The position numbers were made by a program, and so were the translations under genes. A stretch of 64,000 bases of DNA from Thiobacillaceae bacterium (lineage in GTDB: Bacteria; Pseudomonadota; Gammaproteobacteria; Burkholderiales; Thiobacillaceae). Below the pieces are notes generated by a model. It saw only the letters and a program-made list of their open reading frames with translations, was not told the DNA's origin and did no database searches. Below, in pieces: positions 57,136 to 64,000 of this stretch (position 1 is its first letter; every line of letters begins with the position of its first letter). Location: the NCBI GenBank assembly GCA_031366105.1, contig JANLZE010000116.1:43928-107927 (forward strand), in the 5' to 3' direction.

Positions 57136-58224
57136 CTAGGTGTTAAATTTTTTAGGCACCAAAGTCAACCGCAAATCCCCTCCCACCTGCCGCACACCCT
57201 GCAAATTAAACCGCGCTGCGTGTTCCAGCGATTCCAGCGGCGGGTTCTTGAATATGCCGCGAGCATCATGCCCCAGTGCCATCGGCGCGAGGTAGGCAAT
57301 CCATTCATCGATCAGGCCCGCTTCGAGCAAGGCGCCACTTAGCGCCGCGCCGGCTTCGACGTGGACTTCGTTGATGCCGCGTCGGGCGAGCTCGCTCATT
57401 AATGCGGCGAGGTCGACGCGGCCGTGGGCGTCGGGGAGCTCAACGACTTCCGCTCCGGCGGCGCTCAATGCGTCGCGCGTGTCGGGCGGGCTGGCGGCAC
57501 AGGCAATGAGCGCGGGCAGGATCGCGGCGCTGGGAGACGTGCGCAATTTGGAATCGACGATCACGCGCAGCGGTTGCCGCCCGATGTCGAAATCGCGAAC
57601 GGTCATGCGCGGGTTGTCGATGAGCAATGTGCCGCTGCCGGTGAGGATGGCGCAGGCGCGGGCGCGCAGTTTTTGCACGTCGGCGCGCGCGGCTTCGCCG
57701 GTGATCCATTGCGACTGGCCATTGGCAAGCGCGGTTTTGCCGTCCAGCGTCGAGGCGGTTTTGAGGCGCACCCACGGACGATGTCGGGTCATGCGCGAGA
57801 TGAAGCCGGGGTTCAGCGCGCGCGCGTCGGTCTCTATCAAGCCCGTTTCCGCCTGTATGCCGGCCTGCGTCAGAAGTTGAATGCCTTGCCCGGCAACCAG
57901 TGGATTGGGGTCGGCCATCGCGGCCACAACGCGGGCGACACCCGCGCTGATGAGCGCCGCGACACACGGCGGCGTGCGGCCATGATGCGAGCAGGGTTCG
58001 AGTGTGATGTAAACGGTCGCGTCGCGCGCGGCGTCAGCTGCCATCTTCAGGGCGTGGATTTCGGCGTGCGCAGTGCCGGCACGCTGGTGCCAGCCTTCAC
58101 CGATGATCTTATTGTTTTTGACGATCACGCAGCCGACGCGCGGATTGGGGGTGGTGGTGTACAGCCCGCGTGCGGCGAGTTGCAACGCGCGCGCCATGTA
58201 GCGGTGATCGTCTGCTGAAAACAT
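57136..58224 (-). CDS. ribD: Riboflavin deaminase/reductase RibD
   Basis: PNPRVGC, HAE, TLEPCSHHGRTPPC, K.ASTLDG and VEAG motifs. Confidence 0.97.
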   Translation of the reverse strand: MFSADDHRYMARALQLAARGLYTTTPNPRVGCVIVKNNKIIGEGWHQRAGTAHAEIHALKMAADAARDATVYITLEPCSHHGRTPPCVAALISAGVARVVAAMADPNPLVAGQGIQLLTQAGIQAETGLIETDARALNPGFISRMTRHRPWVRLKTASTLDGKTALANGQSQWITGEAARADVQKLRARACAILTGSGTLLIDNPRMTVRDFDIGRQPLRVIVDSKLRTSPSAAILPALIACAASPPDTRDALSAAGAEVVELPDAHGRVDLAALMSELARRGINEVHVEAGAALSGALLEAGLIDEWIAYLAPMALGHDARGIFKNPPLESLEHAARFNLQGVRQVGGDLRLTLVPKKFNT

Positions 58225-58228
58225 TGGA

Positions 58229-58681
58229 TTAGGGTTTGTCGATGTCCCGAATCACATCACGAAAATCGTCCACGTCCTGAAAACTGCGATAGACCGATGC
58301 GAAGCGGATGTAGGCGATCTTGTCGAGTTTTTTTAGTTCGCTAATGACTTGCTCGCCGATCTCGCGTGCAGAGACTTCGCGTTCACCCAAGGTTAGCAAG
58401 CGCTGGCGGATACGGGCGACCGCGGCGTCGACGAGCTCGGTGGGTACGGGGCGTTTATGCAGCGCGCGACGGAAGCTTTCTCGTAGTTTGTCCTCGGAAA
58501 AATCCTGACGTGTGCCGTTCGTTTTGACGATTTGCGGCGGGCGTAGCTCGGCGGTTTCCCAGGTGGTAAAGCGCTTGTCGCACGTTGCACAGCGCCGGCG
58601 GCGGCGAATGGCGTCGCCGGGCTCATTGACGCGGGAGTCAATCACCTGCGTGTCGAGCGAGCCGCAAAAGGGACACTTCAT
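58229..58681 (-). CDS. nrdR: Transcriptional repressor NrdR
   Basis: MKCPFC, RRRR.C..C..RFTT.E, ATP-cone and YIRFASVY. Confidence 0.97.
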   Translation of the reverse strand: MKCPFCGSLDTQVIDSRVNEPGDAIRRRRRCATCDKRFTTWETAELRPPQIVKTNGTRQDFSEDKLRESFRRALHKRPVPTELVDAAVARIRQRLLTLGEREVSAREIGEQVISELKKLDKIAYIRFASVYRSFQDVDDFRDVIRDIDKP

Positions 58682-58686
58682 GTTCG

Positions 58687-58741
58687 GAAGACTGAAGACA
58701 GAAGACGGAAGACAGAAAAGAACCCAGTCATTTCAGTCTTC
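58687..58741. repeat. Heptamer tandem repeat (GAAGACN x4) within a 10-bp inverted repeat
   Basis: GAAGACT-GAAGACA-GAAGACG-GAAGACA. GAAGACTGAA (58687-58696) pairs with TTCAGTCTTC (58732-58741). Confidence 0.7.
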
Positions 58742-58750
58742 TGACTACGA

Positions 58751-59995
58751 TCAACCATACACCGGAAATTTCGTCGTCAGTGCTCGCACTGCTTTGACAG
58801 TACGCGCAATCACCGCTTCGTCGGTTGGGGCGTCGAGCACGTCAGCGATTAGATGCGCGAGTTGTTCTGCTTCGAGTTCCTTGAACCCGCGCGTGGTCAT
58901 CGCCGGTGTGCCGATGCGGATGCCGCTGGTCACCATGGGCTTTTGTGGGTCGTTCGGAATCGCGTTTTTGTTAACGGTGATGTGTGCACGTCCGAGCAGC
59001 GCTTCGGCTTCTTTTCCGGTGAGATTTTTGGCGCGCAAGTCCACCAGAAACATATGCGATTCAGTACGACCGGAAATAATGCGCAGGCCACGCTCGACTA
59101 ACACTTTGCACATCACCAACGCGTTGTCGATAACTTGTTCCTGATAGTGCTTGAATTCTTTGGACGCGGCTTCCTTAAAAGCCACGGCCTTGCCTGCGAT
59201 CACGTGCATCAGCGGACCGCCTTGCAAGCCCGGGAAGATCGCGGAGTTGATCGCCTTCTCGTGTTCAGCCTTCATCAAAATGATGCCGCCGCGCGGGCCG
59301 CGCAAGGTTTTGTGCGTGGTTGAGGTAACGACGTCGGCGTGCGGCACCGGGCTAGGGTAAACGCCCGCGGCAATAAGCCCCGCGTAGTGCGCCATGTCGA
59401 CCATGAAAATCGCGCCAACGGCTTTGGCGACTTTGGCAAAACGCTCGAAGTCGATGCGCAGTGCATACGCCGAGGCGCCGGCGATGATGAGCTTGGGTTT
59501 GTGCTCGTGCGCGAGTTTCTCCATCGCGTCGTAATCGATTTCTTCTTTTTGGGTCAAGCCATACGCCACCACGTTAAACCACTTGCCGCTCATGTTCAGC
59601 TTCATTCCGTGTGTCAGGTGGCCGCCTTCGGCGAGACTCATGCCCATGATGGTATCGCCGGGTTTCAGGAAGGCCATAAACACCGCCTGGTTGGCCTGCG
59701 AGCCAGAGTTGGGCTGCACGTTGGCGGCCTCCGCGCCGAACAGCGCTTTCACGCGATCAATGGCTAACTGCTCAGCGATGTCGACATACTCACAGCCGCC
59801 GTAGTAGCGCTTGCCGGGATATCCCTCGGCGTATTTGTTCGTGAGTTGCGAGCCCTGCGCTTCCATCACCGCCGGGCTGGTGTAGTTTTCTGACGCGATC
59901 AGTTCGATGTGGTCTTCCTGCCGCTGCACTTCTTTTTGCATGGCGGCCCAGAGTTGAGGGTCGGAGTGGGCAAGGGTGTCTTTACGGTTGAACAT
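58751..59995 (-). CDS. glyA: Serine hydroxymethyltransferase
   Basis: [24 protein letters not shown] and [14 protein letters not shown] motifs. Confidence 0.98.
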   Translation of the reverse strand: MFNRKDTLAHSDPQLWAAMQKEVQRQEDHIELIASENYTSPAVMEAQGSQLTNKYAEGYPGKRYYGGCEYVDIAEQLAIDRVKALFGAEAANVQPNSGSQANQAVFMAFLKPGDTIMGMSLAEGGHLTHGMKLNMSGKWFNVVAYGLTQKEEIDYDAMEKLAHEHKPKLIIAGASAYALRIDFERFAKVAKAVGAIFMVDMAHYAGLIAAGVYPSPVPHADVVTSTTHKTLRGPRGGIILMKAEHEKAINSAIFPGLQGGPLMHVIAGKAVAFKEAASKEFKHYQEQVIDNALVMCKVLVERGLRIISGRTESHMFLVDLRAKNLTGKEAEALLGRAHITVNKNAIPNDPQKPMVTSGIRIGTPAMTTRGFKELEAEQLAHLIADVLDAPTDEAVIARTVKAVRALTTKFPVYG

Positions 59996-60084
59996 GGCGT
60001 GAGGAGGGCGGACGAAAGCGCGGATTTTATCACGCAGCTCTACCGATACCGTTCCGTATAATCTGCAACAAACGGGAGAAGACT

Positions 60085-61158
60085 ATGCAAAGACGACAGT
60101 TTATAAGCGGTGCAGGATTGGCCGCGATGCTTCCCGTATCAAGCGCGATGGCGGCGGATTTGCCCGCGGTGCGCTGGCGCTTGGCGTCGAGTTTTCCTAA
60201 AAGTCTCGATACGATTTATGGTGCGGCCGAGACCTTATCCAAACGCGTGTCGGCGCTAACCGGCGGCAAATTTCAGATTCGCGTATTCGCCGGGGGTGAG
60301 CTGGTGCCAGGTTTGCAGGTGCTCGATGCGATCGGCAACGGCACTGCAGAATGCGGACACTCGGCTGGCTATTATTACGTTGGCAAAAACATGGCGCTGG
60401 CGTTCGATACGGCGCTGCCGTTTGGCTTAACGGCGCGCCAGCAAAACGCCTGGATGCTGGCGGGTGGCGGGCTGGCGGCGATGCGCAAGGTGTATGCACA
60501 ATACGGCGTGATTCAATTTTTGGGCGGTAATACCGGCACGCAAATGGGGGGCTGGTTTCGGCGCGAGATCAAATCGCTGTCGGATTTGAAGGGCTTGAAA
60601 ATGCGCATCCCCGGCATCGGTGGCAAGATCATGGCGCGGCTGGGCGCGGTGCCACAAACCTTGCCCGGCGGAGATATCTATCCCGCATTGGAGCGGGGCG
60701 CGATCGATGCGGCGGAATGGGTGGGGCCGTATGACGATGAAAAACTCGGCTTTTATAAAATCGCGCCCCACTATTATTACCCCGGCTGGTGGGAGGGCGG
60801 GCCACAGCTGTCGTTTTATGTGAATTTGAAGCAGTGGCAGGCATTGCCCGAGATATTCCGCCAGGCGTTTGAAGTGGCGACTGCAGAAGCCAACCAGTTG
60901 ATGCTGGCGCAATACGATGCGAAAAACTCGCCCGCGTTGTTGCGGCTAGTGGGGCAGGGCGTGAAGCTACATCCGTTTCCAAAGGACATCATGCTCGCCG
61001 CGCGTCGCGCTGCGTTTGAGCTGTATGAAGAGGAGGCGCGCGCGAATCCACTCTTCAACGAGATTTATCGCCCGTGGAAAGCCTTTCGCGATACCGAGTT
61101 TCAGTGGTTTAAAGTCGCGGAGGCGGCGTATTCGAATTTCAATTATTACGTGAAGTAA
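60085..61158 (+). CDS. TRAP transporter substrate-binding protein (DctP/TakP-like)
   Basis: Tat-like RRQF signal, W.L.SSFP.SL, GNTG.QMGGWF, LKMRIPG and EWVGPYDD motifs. Confidence 0.9.
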   Translation: MQRRQFISGAGLAAMLPVSSAMAADLPAVRWRLASSFPKSLDTIYGAAETLSKRVSALTGGKFQIRVFAGGELVPGLQVLDAIGNGTAECGHSAGYYYVGKNMALAFDTALPFGLTARQQNAWMLAGGGLAAMRKVYAQYGVIQFLGGNTGTQMGGWFRREIKSLSDLKGLKMRIPGIGGKIMARLGAVPQTLPGGDIYPALERGAIDAAEWVGPYDDEKLGFYKIAPHYYYPGWWEGGPQLSFYVNLKQWQALPEIFRQAFEVATAEANQLMLAQYDAKNSPALLRLVGQGVKLHPFPKDIMLAARRAAFELYEEEARANPLFNEIYRPWKAFRDTEFQWFKVAEAAYSNFNYYVK

Positions 61159-61575
61159 TCAGGCTTCCAGCACTTCGAAATCGTGGGTGATCTCGGCGAC
61201 TTTGCCGAGCATGATCGAGGCCGAGCAATACTTTTCCGCCGACAATTTCACCGCCTGCTCAACTCGCTTGGGGTCCAACGCAACGCCTGTGACGATGAAA
61301 TGGACGTGAATTTTGGTGAATACCTTGGGGTCGGTGTCCGCGCGCGTGGCGTCGATTTCGGCGACGCAATCGCGTATGTCGAGCCGACCTTTGCGCAGGA
61401 TATGCACCACATCAAACGCCGAACAGCCGCCCAAACCGAGTAGCAACATCTCCATCGGTCGCGGGCCGATATTTTTGCCACCAGAGTCGGGCGGCCCATC
61501 CATCACGACTGCATGGCCGCTTTCGGTGTGGCCGACGAAGCTGACGCCTTCGATTAATTTAACGCGTGCTTTCAT
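61159..61575 (-). CDS. OsmC-family protein (YhfA-like)
   Basis: PRPMEMLL.GLGGC..FDV and AV.LS..KYCSAS motifs. Confidence 0.9.
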   Translation of the reverse strand: MKARVKLIEGVSFVGHTESGHAVVMDGPPDSGGKNIGPRPMEMLLLGLGGCSAFDVVHILRKGRLDIRDCVAEIDATRADTDPKVFTKIHVHFIVTGVALDPKRVEQAVKLSAEKYCSASIMLGKVAEITHDFEVLEA

Positions 61576-61576
61576 G

Positions 61577-62341
61577 TTATTTGCCCAATTGATTACGGAT
61601 GCGGTACCACAGAATACCCACCCATTCATGCATCGCATAGGTGCTGTCGCGCAGACCGGTCGCGTTGGGGAGCAGGCTCAAGGGCGAATCGATCCGGGTA
61701 TCCGAAAAATCGGTTCCGGCCGGAATGACGTGTAAACCTTGTTGCTCGAATTGGGGCACAGCCCGGCGCAAATGCCAAGCGTGACTCACTAAAAAAATGC
61801 GCTTGATGCCTGCTTTTTTGAGGATAGGCGCGGAAAGCCGGGCGTTATCCCAGGTCGTGAGCGCGGCATCTTCAACCCAGCGTACCGGGATGCGCATCTC
61901 TTCCGTTAATGCGTCGCGCATCAGCGCAGCTTCGGTCCGCACGCCGCCACTGGGCATACCTCCTGTCACTAGAACAGGCAATTGCGTAGCGTTATGTAGT
62001 CGCGCGGCATAACGCACGCGCTCATAAGAAAAGCTATTCAGCGTATCGCTGCCATATTCCGCCGCGTGTGTACGCTTGCCGCCCGCAAGGATAACAATCG
62101 CATCGGCTTGCGGTGGGGCGTGCAAATTGATGGGGCCCGCGACCTCCAGGCTTTTCTTCAACACGCTACCCATCCAGGGCGTGGACAATGCATACAAAGC
62201 GGTAGCCGTAAACGAGATCAAAAACATGGACAGGCGCGGCTTTGCGCGGTAGAGAAGCAGTGCTACTAATAGCAAGATCACCAGCGAGAACGGTGGCAGT
62301 AGCGCGCTTGCCAGGATATTGGTGAAGAGCCAATTGGACAT
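61577..62341 (-). CDS. YdcF/ElyC-like DUF218 membrane protein
   Basis: AIVILAGG, R..YAARL, VTGG, T.DNA, LVS.AWHLRRA and HEWVG motifs. Confidence 0.88.
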   Translation of the reverse strand: MSNWLFTNILASALLPPFSLVILLLVALLLYRAKPRLSMFLISFTATALYALSTPWMGSVLKKSLEVAGPINLHAPPQADAIVILAGGKRTHAAEYGSDTLNSFSYERVRYAARLHNATQLPVLVTGGMPSGGVRTEAALMRDALTEEMRIPVRWVEDAALTTWDNARLSAPILKKAGIKRIFLVSHAWHLRRAVPQFEQQGLHVIPAGTDFSDTRIDSPLSLLPNATGLRDSTYAMHEWVGILWYRIRNQLGK

Positions 62342-62385
62342 GGCGGCTATTGTATTCGACGGCTGAGATCAACTCTATGTAGTGT

Positions 62386-62415
62386 TTGACACTCTGGGGG
62401 CTGAGCGGGTAAAAT
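62386..62415 (+). promoter_or_regulatory. Putative sigma70 promoter of rplM-rpsI
   Basis: TTGACA-18 nt-TAAAAT. Confidence 0.65.
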
Positions 62416-62458
62416 GCCCGGCTTTCCGAGACACTCCCTCAGTACTGAGGATGGATTA

Positions 62459-62893
62459 ATGAAAACCTTTTCCGCTAAATCTCATGAGGTCACGCACGAC
62501 TGGTTCGTGGTTGACGCTGACAATAAAGTGCTGGGGCGCCTCGCGTCCGAGATTGCACGTCGCCTGCGCGGCAAGCATAAGCCTATCTATACGCCGCACG
62601 TCGATACCGGCGACTACATTGTGGTCGTCAACGCGGGCAAAATGCGCGTGACCGGCAACAAGGCGCTGGACAAAATCTACTACACGCACACCGGCTACCC
62701 AGGCGGCATTCACGAGACCAACTTCGGTAAAATGCAGGAGCGTTTCCCCGGTCGCGCGCTGGAAAAAGCGGTGAAGGGCATGTTGCCTAAAGGCCCGTTG
62801 GGTTATGCAATGATCAAGAAAATGAAAATCTACGCGGGTGCAGACCATCCGCACGAGGCGCAGCAACCGCAGCCTCTTGTCATTAACGGATAA
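62459..62893 (+). CDS. rplM: 50S ribosomal protein L13
   Basis: [32 protein letters not shown] motifs. Confidence 0.98.
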   Translation: MKTFSAKSHEVTHDWFVVDADNKVLGRLASEIARRLRGKHKPIYTPHVDTGDYIVVVNAGKMRVTGNKALDKIYYTHTGYPGGIHETNFGKMQERFPGRALEKAVKGMLPKGPLGYAMIKKMKIYAGADHPHEAQQPQPLVING

Positions 62894-62902
62894 GGTCACA
62901 CT

Positions 62903-63295
62903 ATGATCGGTAATTTCAACTACGGTACGGGGCGTCGCAAATCATCGGTTGCCCGTGTATTTCTCAAGGCAGGTAGCGGCAAGATTGTCGTTAACGACAA
63001 GCCGGTGGACGAGTATTTCTCACGTGAAACCGGCCGCATGATCGTGCGTCAGCCGCTGGTGCTGACCGACAATATCGGTAAGTACGACATCATGGTCAAC
63101 GTCGCCGGTGGCGGTGAATCCGGCCAGGCCGGTGCAGTACGCCACGGTATTACTCGTGCATTGATCGATCTGGACGCCGGCATGAAACCGGTATTGAAAC
63201 AGGCCGGTCTCGTGACCCGCGATGCCCGAGAAGTCGAACGTAAAAAAGTCGGCTTCCACAAGGCGCGTCGGCGCAAGCAATTCTCCAAGCGTTAA
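62903..63295 (+). CDS. rpsI: 30S ribosomal protein S9
   Basis: [22 protein letters not shown] and C-terminal QFSKR. Confidence 0.98.
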   Translation: MIGNFNYGTGRRKSSVARVFLKAGSGKIVVNDKPVDEYFSRETGRMIVRQPLVLTDNIGKYDIMVNVAGGGESGQAGAVRHGITRALIDLDAGMKPVLKQAGLVTRDAREVERKKVGFHKARRRKQFSKR

Positions 63296-63307
63296 TCGCT
63301 GGATTGC

Positions 63308-63334
63308 AAAAGCCGCCGCAAGGCGGCTTTTTTT
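63308..63334 (+). terminator. Intrinsic terminator after rpsI
   Basis: AAAAGCCGCC-GCAA-GGCGGC-T7. Confidence 0.92.
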
Positions 63335-63390
63335 ATGGCGCGCATTGGCGGGCGCGTTAAAATCACATCCATCAATGGACAGGAAATAAC

Positions 63391-64000
63391 ATGATTAAAG
63401 TCGGGATCGTAGGCGGCACAGGTTACACCGGCGTCGAGTTGTTGCGCCTGCTGGCGCGTCACCCGGACGTCGAATTGCGCGCAATCACCTCGCGCAAAGA
63501 AGCGGGCATGCCGGTGGCGGAGATGTTTCCCAATCTGCGTGGGCGCGTCGGACTCAAGTTCGTCGAGCCTGAAGCGGCGGGGCTCACGCAATGCGATGTG
63601 GTTTTTTTTGCGACGCCCAATGGTATCGCGATGCAGCAGGCGCGCGCATTGCTCGATGCAGGCGTTAAGGTAATTGACCTGGCTGCGGACTTTCGGATCA
63701 AAGATGTGGCGGTGTGGGAGCAATGGTACAAGATGGAGCACGCCTGCCCGGACCTGATAGCGGAAGCCGTCTATGGCTTGCCGGAGATCAACCGCGCTCG
63801 CATCCGCGGCGCGCGCTTGATCGCAAATCCAGGGTGTTACCCCACCGCTGTCCAACTTGGCTTTTTGCCGCTGCTTGAAGCGGGGGTGGTGGACACTGCA
63901 TTTTTAGTGGCTGACGCCAAATCCGGTGTGTCTGGCGCCGGGCGCAAAGCCGAAATCGGCACCCTTTTTGCTGAAGCTGCTGATAACTTCAAAGCCTACG
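63391..64000 (+). CDS. argC: N-acetyl-gamma-glutamyl-phosphate reductase (3'-truncated by window edge; absent from the ORF track)
   Basis: Hand translation: [48 protein letters not shown]. Confidence 0.96.
   Translation, partial: MIKVGIVGGTGYTGVELLRLLARHPDVELRAITSRKEAGMPVAEMFPNLRGRVGLKFVEPEAAGLTQCDVVFFATPNGIAMQQARALLDAGVKVIDLAADFRIKDVAVWEQWYKMEHACPDLIAEAVYGLPEINRARIRGARLIANPGCYPTAVQLGFLPLLEAGVVDTAFLVADAKSGVSGAGRKAEIGTLFAEAADNFKAY

Noticed and set aside
57424-58218. 264-aa + strand ORF antisense to ribD (similarly 9561-10316, 38724-39527, 1407-2084, 25447-26100 and others)
   Set aside because: Shadow ORFs expected opposite GC-rich genes. They have no recognisable motifs and fully overlap well-supported genes.
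58687-58741. Possible CRISPR array
   Set aside because: Units are 7 bp with no spacers, and there are no cas genes. No 23-47-bp spaced repeats were seen anywhere in the window.

Overview
A 64-kb chromosomal window, by gene content and order most likely from a sulfur-oxidising betaproteobacterium (Thiobacillus/Sulfuriferula-like; the taxon is an inference). The backbone is housekeeping: yhdP-nitrilase-tldD, nth, alaS, valS-holC-pepA, lptFG, hrpA, yebC-ruvC-ruvA, ribD-nrdR-glyA, rplM-rpsI-argC and one tRNA-Arg(CCT). The centre is a sulfur supercluster of about 19 kb (12.5-31.3 kb). It holds an ArsR-rhodanese / MBL-fold persulfide-dioxygenase-like / MFS / DUF1415 / ETHE1-type PDO unit, soxXYZAB without soxCD, moaC-soeABC, rhd-tusA-dsrE2 and a FadL-family outer-membrane channel. 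The best candidates for an undescribed system are the two-dioxygenase persulfide operon and the FadL channel attached to the sulfur-trafficking genes. Together they could form an uptake-to-sulfite-to-sulfate route that needs no Dsr or sHdr (inference). Accessory signals: an IS91/ISCR remnant with a doubled oriIS-like end, an orphan rsxE coupled to an uncalled 50-aa basic ORF, a palindromic 54-nt in-frame insertion in hrpA, and a Phd-VapC pair inserted into the yebC-ruvC operon. Also a relay of ATGA-overlapping mini-ORFs between ruvC and ruvA, and an AT-rich stand-alone P-loop ATPase where ruvB usually sits, next to a 210-nt multi-hairpin element. No CRISPR array, rRNA, intact transposase or integrase was seen. 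Family names come from recognising motifs by eye, not from database searches. Start codons were refined by hand where an RBS or conserved N-terminus supported it.
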